From Candidatus Bathyarchaeota archaeon (lineage in GTDB: Archaea; Thermoproteota; Bathyarchaeia; Bathyarchaeales; Bathycorpusculaceae), in contig OY969706.1 of assembly GCA_963702095.1 (NCBI GenBank), positions 1,216,001-1,280,000 of the forward strand: a DNA stretch of 64,000 nucleotides, in the 5' to 3' direction. Positions 30,166 through 40,339 of this stretch are shown one piece after another. Within the stretch, counting starts at the first letter, position 1; each line of letters opens with the position of its first letter. The notes beneath the pieces were generated by a model. That model made no database searches and had not been told where the DNA came from. It was given only the letters and a program-made list of their open reading frames with translations. Position numbers and translations under genes: made by a program.

Positions 30166-31935
30166 TTAAGGAGGGGCTTCACCTATCCGTTTAAGTTGCC
30201 CCTTATACATCTCCACAATCTCCTTTGAAGTGGTGGCGTCTTCGGGGGCTTTGTCTGTTCGGTATTTGCCCGTGAAACGTGGAAAACGGATCGCCATACC
30301 GCTGCCTTTGCGGATTGCATCCATCGCAGCCATATGAATGGGACTCAAGGTAACTTCAGCACCTAAAATCTCAAGCACTACCGCCGGCTCAAACCAGACG
30401 TCAGCTTCAAGCATCGATTTAACCCGGCTGTTTTTGCGTGGAACGATATGTTTCTGCAGCATTTCGTGGAGTTGGGCGAGGTCTTTGTCGGTGAAGCCTG
30501 TGCCGCATTTGGTGACTGTTTCGAAGGTGTCGTCTTTCTGCTTGTAAGTTGCCAAGAGCAGGGCGCCGTAGGTGCCTACGCGTTTGCCTCTGCCATGGAA
30601 CGCGCCGACTACAACCAAGTCGACGGTGTCGGTCATTTCGCTGCGGTAGTCCCGTTTGAACTTTATCCATAGCCATCCGCGGCTGCCTGCTTGGTAAACG
30701 GAGTCTTTGCTGGTGGATTTGCACATGACGCCTTCGCAGCCGTCTTCGATGGCTTCTTCAAAGAAGTCTTCGAGTTCCTTGGGGTTTTTGACAAGCTTCT
30801 GTGTGGCTGGCTTGACACGGTCATTGGGTTTGATGGCTGCCTCAAGTGCTTTGCGCCTCTGCGGAAAGGGCTCTTGAGTAAGGTCTTTGCCGTCAACGTA
30901 GAGCGCGTCGAAGGCAAATAGGCTGATGGGGTACTGGGTGATGGCTTCTTCGACGCCGTATTTGCGTCGGCGATGCATCAGCTCTTGGAAGGGCCGCATG
31001 TCGCCTGTTTCTAAGTCCACTGCCACGCATTCGGCTTCGAAAATGGCTTCTTTAGCCGTTATCTGTTCTCGAACCAAAATCACGGCGTCAGGGTACTGGT
31101 CAGAAATGTTTTCCAGTCGTCGTGAGAAAAGCATGACTTTGCTGCCGTTTTTGTGCGCCTGCACCCGTTCGCCATCATACTTGTACTCGGCTACACATTT
31201 ACCGCCGAACTTATCCAGAATCTCCTCGGGCACTCCCAAGCGTTCAGCAAGCATCGGGCGGATGGGTTCGCCCACCATAACCTGGAATTTTTCGATGCCC
31301 TCCAAGCCTTTTTCGGCGACGACACTGGCAACTCTGCCCAAATCCGAGGAAATATTGTAGGCGCGTTCAATTTTTTCCCGGGTTTCTTTGCCGCCGCCAT
31401 ACGAGATTGCCAAAGCTTCGAGCACGGTCATGTCAGCTATGCCTAAGCGCAGGTTGCCTGTGACGGTTCGGATGAGCCATTTGGCTTCTTTAGGCCCGGC
31501 ATCCGTCAAAAGCCCTGAGAGAAGCGCCATTTTTGTGTCTACTGTGCCACTGCCAGATGTTTTGGCCAGTTTGTCTAGGGTTTCATAGACTCGTTCGACT
31601 GTGAGTTTTTTGGTGAAGAAAGTGGATTGTTTGCGTTTGGCGAGTTGTTTCTCTGCGGTTTCGCCTATGTCGCCGCTCTTCTGTAGTTCGGAAAGGATTA
31701 CGCTTTCGCTTCCGCCTGAGGCGCGGATGAGAGCTTTTATGGCGAGTTTTTCTGCGACGCCCATTTCGACGCCGACGAAGTCTGGGCAGAGTTTGCCCTG
31801 TGTCAAGTAAACTACTTTGGCGATGATGTCTTTAGGAGTTTTCTTGAGCAGTTCCACCAGGTAATCGGTCATTTCTAGGCGTTTGGTGGTGGCTTCGATT
31901 TTCTCATACGACTCAGCGATTACAGCGTAATCCAT
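30166..31935 (-). CDS. lig: ATP-dependent DNA ligase
   Basis: EYKYDGER motif I, EGVMCK, WIKFKRDY, IRFPRF. Confidence 0.97.
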   Translation of the reverse strand: MDYAVIAESYEKIEATTKRLEMTDYLVELLKKTPKDIIAKVVYLTQGKLCPDFVGVEMGVAEKLAIKALIRASGGSESVILSELQKSGDIGETAEKQLAKRKQSTFFTKKLTVERVYETLDKLAKTSGSGTVDTKMALLSGLLTDAGPKEAKWLIRTVTGNLRLGIADMTVLEALAISYGGGKETREKIERAYNISSDLGRVASVVAEKGLEGIEKFQVMVGEPIRPMLAERLGVPEEILDKFGGKCVAEYKYDGERVQAHKNGSKVMLFSRRLENISDQYPDAVILVREQITAKEAIFEAECVAVDLETGDMRPFQELMHRRRKYGVEEAITQYPISLFAFDALYVDGKDLTQEPFPQRRKALEAAIKPNDRVKPATQKLVKNPKELEDFFEEAIEDGCEGVMCKSTSKDSVYQAGSRGWLWIKFKRDYRSEMTDTVDLVVVGAFHGRGKRVGTYGALLLATYKQKDDTFETVTKCGTGFTDKDLAQLHEMLQKHIVPRKNSRVKSMLEADVWFEPAVVLEILGAEVTLSPIHMAAMDAIRKGSGMAIRFPRFTGKYRTDKAPEDATTSKEIVEMYKGQLKRIGEAPP

Positions 31936-32037
31936 GTTTCTGCTCTCAAACAATACACATTGCTGCAACTATTAAAATTGTCACCCATAAACATCAGCCA
32001 AAGATTATATTAACCAAACAACCGCTAATATGAAAGT

Positions 32038-32448
32038 ATGAACGCCGCTGTTGTTTACTTCTCCAGAACCGGAAACACCAAACGCTTCGCTGAGGCAATA
32101 GCCCAAACCGCACAAGCATCCCTCTACGACCTGGATTCCGTTGACCCAGCCAAAATTGCTGGCATTGACCTCCTGATCTTCGGTGGACCTGTGGAAGGTT
32201 CAAGCCCCACCAAAGAAGCCATGGCATACCTCGCGAAAATGCCCGCTGTTAGTGGCAAAAAAGCCATGGTTTTCTGTACCTACCGCCTCTTTGGCAACGA
32301 ACGGGCAATGAAGGTTGTGGAGAAAGAGTTGGCGGGCAAAGGTTATGAGGTAGTGTTTAAGGTTTCAAAGAAGGGCATGAAGCCTGAGAAGGAAGTTGAC
32401 TTCTCAAAAGAGCTTGCGGAAGTAAAGAAGGCTCTGGAAAAACTGTAG
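32038..32448 (+). CDS. flavodoxin family protein
   Basis: YFSRTGNTKRFAEAI. Confidence 0.88.
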   Translation: MNAAVVYFSRTGNTKRFAEAIAQTAQASLYDLDSVDPAKIAGIDLLIFGGPVEGSSPTKEAMAYLAKMPAVSGKKAMVFCTYRLFGNERAMKVVEKELAGKGYEVVFKVSKKGMKPEKEVDFSKELAEVKKALEKL

Positions 32449-32453
32449 AGAAG

Positions 32454-32600
32454 TTAGTTGCCTATAGCTGGATGCATCAACGGATAGTTATCAACGTTTT
32501 GTACGTTGATCTGATAGGGTGAATCCCATATGCCGTCGTTGTTGGCGTCGGTGCCTGTGTAGTCGCTCCAGTAATTGCCTGTGGATTCATTGTCCAGTTG
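32454..32600 (-). pseudogene. C-terminal remnant of a NosD-family protein
   Basis: Manual translation GNYWSDYTGTDANNDGIWDSPYQINVQNVDNYPLMHP*; no upstream gene body. Confidence 0.75.
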
Positions 32601-32730
32601 TTTTGAGGCAAGTAGGATGCCTAACTTTTCCAAAACAGCCTATGCCCGATTGTATTTAAGACTAAACATTGGAACAGCATGTTCGCCCAGCAAAAGCGTT
32701 TGAGCAGAAAACGTTAATGTCATGCATCTA

Positions 32731-32826
32731 ATTGTAGAAGCCTCCACAACCTGCCCAAAACGCCACGGCACGCCAAAACCAAAAAAGCAACCGCCCACAC
32801 AGGCGGCTGGTTGTTGTTGAGTATAG
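32731..32826 (+). repeat. dispersed intergenic repeat family A, copy 3 (diverged)
   Basis: ccacaacc...aaccgccc...ctggttgttgttgagtatag; 3' end matches copy 1 (ctggctgttgttgtgtatag). Confidence 0.55.
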
Positions 32827-32932
32827 CCGTTTTTTGGCAACAACAACTGTAGAAAAAAATTCTAAAATGAGAATAAAAAGGAAAACCAAAAAAAAGAAAA
32901 GTGTCTTCCTTAAAACTTTTGCTTTGATGCTT

Positions 32933-33058
32933 TTATGCGCCATCGATTAGGTGGGCTGTTCCGTCTGGACAGTAAACTTTGTCAAACACTTCAGTACAAT
33001 TGAAGCGTTTGCTGCATGCTTTCATTTCGGAGCATCCGTCGCAATCACGTGATAACAT
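32933..33058 (-). CDS. 41-aa Cys-rich microprotein
   Basis: MLSRDCDGCSEMKACSKRFNCTEVFDKVYCPDGTAHLIDGA*, strong AAGGAGG SD, TTTAAAA TATA at 33195-33189. Confidence 0.7.
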   Translation of the reverse strand: MLSRDCDGCSEMKACSKRFNCTEVFDKVYCPDGTAHLIDGA

Positions 33059-33323
33059 TTCTATTCTTTTCCTCCTTGTGATTCTGATTTTGGGGGGCAA
33101 TTTGGTCTTTTTTGTGTGATCAGCGTTCTACTGATTCGCACGTCTAACGATTGCCTCCGATAGAGCCATACGAAGATGCTCTTGCCTCTTTTAAACATTG
33201 TTATAATTGGAATATGGATTTAAACTCAGCCAATTTTGCAGTTTAAGCAGAAAATTTATACGGCTAACTTTGAATACGGCATTTTAGAAAAATTGAAAGA
33301 AGAGGAAACCATGACCGCTTCGG

Positions 33324-33845
33324 CTAAAACGACTCCTGATGCACCACTTCAGACGCAGGGCGACGCTCTCTGGCTGGCGGCGACTCATTAGGGTACCCCA
33401 CCGGAATCAACGCGACTGGCTGCAGGTCAGGGGGACAATTGATCACTTTTCGCACGTTTTCTTCATTAAAAGCGCCTATCCAGCATGTGCCGAGTCCAAT
33501 TGAGTGGGCTGTGAGTAAGATGTTTTGGGTGGCAGCCGCCGTGTCCTGATAGCAGTAGAGTGTTTCTCCGCGAGCACCATAGTTTTCAGCGGCGTACTTG
33601 AGGTTAACGCAGACCACTATATCCACCGAGGCCTCGACTATGCTTTTCTGCCCGTACGCGGCGTCGGAGAGCCTCTGTTTGGTTTCCTCTTTAGCGGCAA
33701 CCACAAATGCCCATGGCTGCATGTTTCCAGCGGACGGTGCCCACCTCGCCGCGTCAAGCAACTTTTCGATAATGCTTGGGTGTAGTTCCTGTTTTTTGAA
33801 GGTCCGTATGCTCCTACGGTTCATTATGGCTTCAGTGACGTCCAA
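33324..33845 (-). CDS. nitroreductase family protein
   Basis: RRSIRTF, APSAGNMQPW, GLGTCWIG. Confidence 0.92.
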   Translation of the reverse strand: MDVTEAIMNRRSIRTFKKQELHPSIIEKLLDAARWAPSAGNMQPWAFVVAAKEETKQRLSDAAYGQKSIVEASVDIVVCVNLKYAAENYGARGETLYCYQDTAAATQNILLTAHSIGLGTCWIGAFNEENVRKVINCPPDLQPVALIPVGYPNESPPARERRPASEVVHQESF

Positions 33846-34028
33846 AACTAAAATCTCCTACTAGAAACATGGTTAAAGACAATAAAAACCGTTTGCAGCA
33901 TAGCATCATAGCGAAAGCGGAAGAGTCTTAAGTTATGGCGTCAAAGTGTGTTTTGGATGATGTGCACTTAGAGCTAGAGCATTATGCTGTGAATTGGCTC
34001 GACGGGCGAACTGACACCTGCATTTTTT

Positions 34029-35684
34029 TTAATGGTACACGTAATTTTTGCGTTTGTTTTTTACCCACGTTTTTCCGGTGTAAACTGCGATCAGGGTGTT
34101 GCAGATTAAACCTGTAAGAACAAACAAGCCTGTATCCATAACAGGTATAGTCATGCCTTTGCTGCTCAAACTTGCCTCGGCACCACCATACGGGGTTAAT
34201 TTGATGCCGTTCTGCCAGCCGCTATCAAGCTGAACCGAATAATACAGTGTTCCATCCACAAAATTGCTGGCAGATATCGACCCATAATTCGTGTAGTGAA
34301 TTGGAAACGTTTTGTAGAGGGACCAGCTTGATCCCCCGTTTTTGCTAACCCAGATTCCAGCTATCCACTGCGTTGGGTGGTCGGCGCCTGTAAAGCTGGC
34401 GTAGATGTCTCCGTTGAGGTCGTTTGTGCGTATCCAATATCCATAACATTGGTCGCCTGTATCGAGCACTATGTTGAAGGTTTTGTCGTCGGTCGTACGC
34501 CAAATCTGCCCGTTGTCATAGTCTGTTGCAAGGATTCTGGCGCTTGGGAGCAGTTGCCCGTTGGGTCCATATTTGTTGACGACTTCCAAAGCGAGCATCT
34601 GGGGGAGCGTGAATATTTTTTTCCAGCTGCTGTTTGATAAGCCGCCGTCTGTAGCTCTAATAACTGATGTGTGCCATACGCTGTTGATTCTTTCGTCGCC
34701 GACGGATGCGTAGATGTAGTTGTTGCTTTTGTCGACGACTATGCAGTGTATATGGCGGCCTGTGGAGTCATAATACACCGTTGTCCAGGTGGATCCATCG
34801 TCGGTGCTTCTGAAGATGGATGCGTTGCCTGTTGTTGTGCCTGTTGTGTAGACTCCTGCAAGGAGATTGCCATATGCGTCTTCGGTCATGGACATCACAC
34901 AGGAGTCAGCTGGCAGAGACAGTACGCGCGTCCAGGTTTGTCCGCCGTTTATGCTTCGCCATACGCCTAGACTGCTGGTTGGCGCTGATGGGTTTGGCGT
35001 AACGAAGACATAGCCCAACGAGTTAACATAGACGTTGCTTATTCCAGTGCTGGATCCGCTGAAGGTTATCAGCGGCTGCCATGTTTGACCCTGATTTACA
35101 CTCTTATAGAGTGACTGATAGGCTGCCGCGTAGAGGGTGCCATTGTTAGCTATCCAGCTTGCCTGTATCTGCTTTGTCAGAACTGTTTCGCCTATGACCT
35201 GTGGCGAAGTCGGATTCGGCGTAGGCTTTGGGGTTGGAGGCGACGGAGTAGGCGTGGGTGATGCGGTTGGTTGCGGCGTCGGGGTTGCGGTTGGTGTAGG
35301 TTTTGGGGTTGGTGTATTGCTGGGCGGTGGAGTGACGGTTGGGGTAGCAGTGGGCGCTGGCGTGGAGGTTGGTGTTGGATTCGGTGTTGGGCTGGGTGTA
35401 GGGGTAGGATTAGAGGTTGGCGTTGGCTCTGGATCCTGAGTTGGCTGAGGTATAGCAGTTGGGTGAGGCGTTTTATTTGGAGTTGGGGTTGATGTTGGTT
35501 TTGGTTTTGGAGTCGGAGTGGGGGTCGCTATTAACGTTGGATTGGGTGTGGTGGATGGCCATGCAGGCGACTTGCTGCTGTGATCACTTGAGGAGACTAA
35601 AAGTGGGAAGCTAAAGTGTATCAGGGGAACAATCAGTAAAAGAACAATCCCTATGAGTACTAACCGTTTTCCTGTTGTCTTCAA
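34029..35684 (-). CDS. surface protein: long Pro/Thr stalk plus BNR/Asp-box beta-propeller, C-terminal TM
   Basis: About 120-aa PT repeat; SxNxGx[10 protein letters not shown] Asp boxes. Confidence 0.85.
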   Translation of the reverse strand: MKTTGKRLVLIGIVLLLIVPLIHFSFPLLVSSSDHSSKSPAWPSTTPNPTLIATPTPTPKPKPTSTPTPNKTPHPTAIPQPTQDPEPTPTSNPTPTPSPTPNPTPTSTPAPTATPTVTPPPSNTPTPKPTPTATPTPQPTASPTPTPSPPTPKPTPNPTSPQVIGETVLTKQIQASWIANNGTLYAAAYQSLYKSVNQGQTWQPLITFSGSSTGISNVYVNSLGYVFVTPNPSAPTSSLGVWRSINGGQTWTRVLSLPADSCVMSMTEDAYGNLLAGVYTTGTTTGNASIFRSTDDGSTWTTVYYDSTGRHIHCIVVDKSNNYIYASVGDERINSVWHTSVIRATDGGLSNSSWKKIFTLPQMLALEVVNKYGPNGQLLPSARILATDYDNGQIWRTTDDKTFNIVLDTGDQCYGYWIRTNDLNGDIYASFTGADHPTQWIAGIWVSKNGGSSWSLYKTFPIHYTNYGSISASNFVDGTLYYSVQLDSGWQNGIKLTPYGGAEASLSSKGMTIPVMDTGLFVLTGLICNTLIAVYTGKTWVKNKRKNYVYH

Positions 35685-35927
35685 AAAACTGTTTCTTCCT
35701 AAAAACTGCTAAGAATGCAGATACTATTTAAGACGCGACGGCTGATAAACTTGATGGTTCGCTAAAATTTTGTTCTGTCAAGTAAGCTATCTCAATCAAC
35801 CCGTCAGTTACCCTTCTTATTTTTGTTTAAGCTGTGTTTAAAAAGCATAAAATTTATCAAGGCAGTAGCTGTGAAGAAACCAGCATAACGCATTGATTAG
35901 CGTGGCACAATCGAGGTGAAAACAAGC

Positions 35928-36221
35928 ATGGTTGAAACTAAAGAAATGAAAGTCAACGCTTCCGAACTCAAAGTGGAAGAAGCCAAAATCGTTGAGAAAC
36001 TAGCAGACTTCCTAAAAGAAAAAACAGGCGGCGAAGTCACCACTGAAGGCAAAACCGTCACCGTCAAAGGCCAAGGAGAGGCACTGAGCAAAAAATATGT
36101 GCGCATAACAGTGAAGAAATTCCTCCACAAACACGAGTTAACTGACACCTTCAAAGTCATCGGAGACGAAGAAGCCCTCAAAATCAAGGAGCGCAAAGTC
36201 GCCGAAGAGGAAGAAGACTAA
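35928..36221 (+). CDS. rpl22e: ribosomal protein eL22 (L22e) homolog
   Basis: LADFLKEK...SKKYVRITVKKFLHKHELTDTFKVI plus acidic tail, paralleling eukaryotic SKRYLKYLTKKYLKK...LRVV. Confidence 0.75.
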   Translation: MVETKEMKVNASELKVEEAKIVEKLADFLKEKTGGEVTTEGKTVTVKGQGEALSKKYVRITVKKFLHKHELTDTFKVIGDEEALKIKERKVAEEEED

Positions 36222-36280
36222 TCCATTCCTCCTTTTAAAAGTAGATTAAAATTTGGGGTCTTTTTGTTATTTCTAGTTTA

Positions 36281-36402
36281 AGAAGAAGGCAGAGCGCCCC
36301 TTACTCTTCTTCTTCCTGTGGCCTTGGTGGGCGACTGTGTTTTTTGTTCTGCAACGGATTTGGGTTGCTGGCTGGTTGTGGAGCAAACCTCAAGCAGACC
36401 AG
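36281..36402 (-). repeat. dispersed intergenic repeat family A, copy 4 (with 3' hairpin)
   Basis: Reverse complement ctggtctgcttgagg...ccacaaccagccagcaaccc matches copy 1; hairpin AAGAAGAAG...CTTCTTCTT matches copy 2. Confidence 0.78.
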
Positions 36403-36555
36403 ATTTTTTGATCTATTGTTTAAGTTTTATAAAATTTTTTGTGTTCTCTTTCCGAGTTCTGCTGTCCTAAATTTTGAACACCCTGTTCGCGGGCTTAGCA
36501 TTAAATCAACAGCCCCTTACTATACTATTAACCGGTATGTGAGGCCTGAACAGAT

Positions 36556-36732
36556 TTGAGCCACAAAAAACTTGCCATAAGCAGCATCGTTGTTTCTGTA
36601 TCCCTCTTAACTGTGGTGGTGTTTTTGGCAATTTGCTCCTCTGCCCTGCAAGCCATAAACCCCATCGCAGCCCTCACAGCCGTCGCCGTTGCCGTCATAG
36701 GCTTTGCTTGGTTCAAAAAATCAAGCAGCTAA
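36556..36732 (+). CDS. 58-aa mini-ORF: signal-peptide-like N-terminus joined to TM anchor
   Basis: MSHKKLAISSIVVSVSLLTVVVFLAICSSALQAINPIAALTAVAVAVIGFAWFKKSSS*. Confidence 0.45.
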   Translation: MSHKKLAISSIVVSVSLLTVVVFLAICSSALQAINPIAALTAVAVAVIGFAWFKKSSS

Positions 36733-36775
36733 CCCCTCGTTTAACCTTCTCCTCTTAAGCCGTGGCGGCACCGAC

Positions 36776-38056
36776 CTACCTTTTTCTCCTCAAAGTTACG
36801 ATTAAGATAACTATCAAGACGGCTATGACGACTAACACAGCTAAAATGGCGACTTCCACTGTGTTGAGGTCAAATGCGGCGTCTTGGTTACCTGATTGGG
36901 CTGGCGTTGTCGGGTTGGCTGTGGGGGTTGCTGTTGGATTTTTGGTTGGGTTTTGAGTCGGTTGAGTAGTCGGTGCAATAGTTGGCGCAGGAGTGGGGGT
37001 TTGACTGTATTCGATTCCGACTGTGTTTTTAGCGATGGTGTTCTGTTCAATAGTTATGACATTCGTGTCTGGCTCGGGAAAGTTAAAGGATGAAGAAGCC
37101 TGAAGTTTCATCCCAAGATCATTATTGTAGATGACGTTGTTTTTCACGGTAGCATAACAGCCACCAAATGTAATGCCTGTCTGAGTGTTTGAAATCTGAT
37201 TACCGGTTATGGTTGCCGTAGTGCGTAGGCTTGACATATAAGAACCGCTGATTGTAATGCCATATGATTTGCCGTTGCCGGTAATACGATTGTTTAATAT
37301 GTCGGCTGTAGCTCCAGCGACGAAAATCATTGGATAGTTGCCTTTGCAATAAATTTCGTTGTTACTGATTGTTACGTGATTACCGCCTATATCGCAGTGG
37401 ATACCATCGCTTATTTTATTGTCAGATGCTATGGCATTTGCGCCTGAAACAAAGATTAGACGGGTGTTGATGTTGTTTGATTTTACCTGGGATGACCCGC
37501 CTACATAGCAGCTATCTGTGATTTGGTTGTTGGTTACAACTGCTGAGCCCTCAGTATGTAGCTCCTTAATCGTGTTATCAGAAACTGTTGATGACCCGCC
37601 GGCATCGAGTATGTTAAACGTGTTCTTGGTTATTCTGACGGTGGCGCTGGTTTCTAGGTTATCTGTTACAGTGTTTTCGAATATGGAGCCTGAACCAGCG
37701 ACAGATGTGTAGCGGACTTCTCCGTTGTTAAAGTAGATTTTGTCGTTGTCTGTGCCTTGCGCAATTAGGGTTCCGTTTACCTGGATGTAGAAGCCGTTTA
37801 AGTTAACGGTGACACCAGGCTCGACAGTTATGGTTACACCCTTGTCAATTGCGACGGGCCCATCTAAGGCGTAGGGGCTGTTTGCTTTGGTCCATGTGCT
37901 GCTTTGTGTTAGTATACCGTGAAAACTGTCTGCGGCGTTAACGTCGCTTACTAAGCATACGCCGGCTAAAATGGTAACCAGCAAAAACCAAGCTGCAAAA
38001 CAGCCTGTTCTGTTTATTCTCGTTTTTCGGGTTACCATTTGTTTAGGTTTATTCAT
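36776..38056 (-). CDS. right-handed beta-helix (NosD-like) surface protein with C-terminal TM
   Basis: WTKANSPY...GVTITVEPGV, repeated IxNNxI, PT linker, TM + RRKR. Confidence 0.85.
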   Translation of the reverse strand: MNKPKQMVTRKTRINRTGCFAAWFLLVTILAGVCLVSDVNAADSFHGILTQSSTWTKANSPYALDGPVAIDKGVTITVEPGVTVNLNGFYIQVNGTLIAQGTDNDKIYFNNGEVRYTSVAGSGSIFENTVTDNLETSATVRITKNTFNILDAGGSSTVSDNTIKELHTEGSAVVTNNQITDSCYVGGSSQVKSNNINTRLIFVSGANAIASDNKISDGIHCDIGGNHVTISNNEIYCKGNYPMIFVAGATADILNNRITGNGKSYGITISGSYMSSLRTTATITGNQISNTQTGITFGGCYATVKNNVIYNNDLGMKLQASSSFNFPEPDTNVITIEQNTIAKNTVGIEYSQTPTPAPTIAPTTQPTQNPTKNPTATPTANPTTPAQSGNQDAAFDLNTVEVAILAVLVVIAVLIVILIVTLRRKR

Positions 38057-38398
38057 TGCTTCTGGTTCTCCGTTCTTTGCTATTAGCCTTTGCTTTTCGG
38101 GACTAAAAGTAGGCATAAAGGAGGGTTAAGCATGAACACTAAAAAGAGGAGAAACAGCGGCATGGCAGTTAATTTTTATTGTGTTCATGCTTAACCAATA
38201 ATCACCGAGGCGTTTTGGGGTTAAATGCTTTTTTGTCAAGGTTTCTGGACTAACTACTGAAAAGTTAGTCAAGGTTTGTTGACTAAGCCTGTTCTGTTTG
38301 TTCTGGTTTCTGCCAGCCACTTCAAGTCACGAAAACGGTTTCGCCTAACTTAAATATATAATCAGCCAAAACAATACCACCCCCCAGAGGCAGCTAAC

Positions 38399-39349
38399 AT
38401 GACCACCAACAGCTTCGTAACAATCCAAAACCTAACAAAAACCTTCGGCAACTTCCACGCCCTCAACAACATATCCCTCGACATCAAAGAAGGCGAAATC
38501 TTCAGCTACATCGGCCCCAACGGCGCAGGCAAAACCACCACCATGAAAATCCTCGTCGGCTTAATCAGCACCTTCCAAGGCACAGTCACCATAGGCGACT
38601 ATCAGGTTTCAAAAAACAAAGACGAAATCCACAGGCTACTGGGCTATTTGCCTCAGGCAGTTGCGTTTCAGGATTGGCGCATCATCGACCAAGCCCTGAA
38701 AACCTTCGGCAAACTCTCAGGACTCAACGATCAGCAGCTAAGCCAGCGGATTCCCGAGGTTTTGGATTTGTTGGGGTTGGCTGAGGCGCGACATAAGAGG
38801 GTTTCTCATCTCTCAGGCGGCATGACACAGAGAGTCGGGTTAGCGCAGGCGCTACTGCATGACCCCAAACTGTTGGTGCTCGATGAACCATTGGGCGGAT
38901 TGGACCCGTTGAGTCGTCACCAGTTCAAAGACATCGTTTTAAAACTCTCACATCAGGGCACAACCATCTTGTTCTCGTCTCACATCTTAAGCGATGTCCA
39001 AGACGTGGCTAACCGAATCGGCATAATCAACCACGGCAAAATCAAGCAAGTCGGCACCCTAGGCGAGCTCAAAGCCAAGTTTATCCAGCAGAAAACCGTG
39101 GAGGTGCTGCTCTCAGGCTCCGGTGAGGGTTGGCAGCAACTTGGCAAAGTCAAGGGCATCTCGGGTGTAACGCAGCCTCAAGCGGGCATAGTGTTGGCGA
39201 ACCTTGAAGCTGATGCGGATGAGGAGCAAGCCGTCAACGACGTGGTGGCTGCAGTTGTCCGGTTGGGCATTCGTGTGCGGGGGGTATGGTTGATGGAGCC
39301 ATCATTGGATCAGATTTACTTTAACTATGTTTCGGAGGCTGAAAACTAA
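38399..39349 (+). CDS. ABC-2 type transporter ATP-binding protein
   Basis: GPNGAGKT, LSGGM, LDEP, SSH. Confidence 0.92.
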   Translation: MTTNSFVTIQNLTKTFGNFHALNNISLDIKEGEIFSYIGPNGAGKTTTMKILVGLISTFQGTVTIGDYQVSKNKDEIHRLLGYLPQAVAFQDWRIIDQALKTFGKLSGLNDQQLSQRIPEVLDLLGLAEARHKRVSHLSGGMTQRVGLAQALLHDPKLLVLDEPLGGLDPLSRHQFKDIVLKLSHQGTTILFSSHILSDVQDVANRIGIINHGKIKQVGTLGELKAKFIQQKTVEVLLSGSGEGWQQLGKVKGISGVTQPQAGIVLANLEADADEEQAVNDVVAAVVRLGIRVRGVWLMEPSLDQIYFNYVSEAEN

Positions 39350-40014
39350 TGCCGCTGGGACTATTGTTTTTGGATGAGTTGCGGGGTTTCTATAGGTCCA
39401 AAGTCATGATTTTCCTCTGGGTTGGCTTGCCAGTGATTGCTTTGCTGTTCCGTTTTGTCCAAGTCAGCACTTCAGGGCAAGACATTCCATTTACATTGAT
39501 TTCTTCGCTGGTGGTCTCCAGCATAGGCGGCACCTTAGCCGCTGTAATGCTTGCGGTCTTTATCATCAACGAGAAAAACCGCCATGTCTACGACCTCTTC
39601 TTGATCCGCCCAATTAAGCGCCGAGACATCGTGCTCGCCAAGTTCCTCTCTGTCTACGTGTGCGTTGCCATAGCAAGCGTCATCGCCGTGCTCGTGGGCA
39701 TAGCCGCTGACTTCGTAACAACCGGGGCACTTCCAGCTAATACGCTAAGCGGTGTGGGGCAGTCGTTAGCGACGAGTCTGTCGATGATAGCGGTCTCGTG
39801 CTCTGCAGGTGTACTCATCGGCGTCGCTTCGCCCTCAGTTCTTGTAGGCGCCATCTTAGTCATCTACGGTGGCAACCAAATCTCGGTTATTCCACTGGTG
39901 CCGACCCTGCTCGGGCTACCCTATGCAGACCTGTACACGATTGGCTTAGCAGGGGCGGTAGCTGCAAGTTTAGTGGCTGGAGCGGTGCTGCTGTTTAACA
40001 GAAAACAGTTCTAA
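39349..40014 (+). CDS. ABC-2 type permease
   Basis: 6 TM, EKNRHVYDLFLIRPIKR..LAKF; TAATG overlap. Confidence 0.85.
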   Translation: MPLGLLFLDELRGFYRSKVMIFLWVGLPVIALLFRFVQVSTSGQDIPFTLISSLVVSSIGGTLAAVMLAVFIINEKNRHVYDLFLIRPIKRRDIVLAKFLSVYVCVAIASVIAVLVGIAADFVTTGALPANTLSGVGQSLATSLSMIAVSCSAGVLIGVASPSVLVGAILVIYGGNQISVIPLVPTLLGLPYADLYTIGLAGAVAASLVAGAVLLFNRKQF

Positions 40015-40129
40015 CCACTTCAGGAGAAGAATACCTGTTTTTTTTGGGTTCAATATGTTGCTTCACACCCACACCCAGCCCCACCCAACATGAAACCACG
40101 TATTCCGTGTGAAAACAACGCATATCCCC

Positions 40130-40229
40130 CACCATAGCAGACAAAGAAAAACAATGCACCCCCCAAAAAACAATCGCCATCACTTGCCGTCTTGTGGTGC
40201 CCCGCAAAACGCCACACCCACACAAAGAG
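40130..40229 (+). repeat. dispersed intergenic repeat family B, copy 1
   Basis: cagacaaagaaaa...ttgc.gtcttgtgg...aaaacgccacac aligns with the reverse complement of 44506-44601. Confidence 0.78.
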
Positions 40230-40339
40230 CCAGGACACCCTTAAACCTAAGAAGCATAGGGAACACAGCAAGCTTTTGCTTTATTTGTGGTTAAAAGCAT
40301 TTATTTATGGTGATTCTTTAAAAATAGTTGAAGATGAGT

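Noticed and set aside
35200-35560. Highly repetitive G/T-rich stretch as CRISPR or VNTR
   Set aside because: It encodes the Pro/Thr stalk of the 34029-35684 protein; there is no repeat-spacer periodicity
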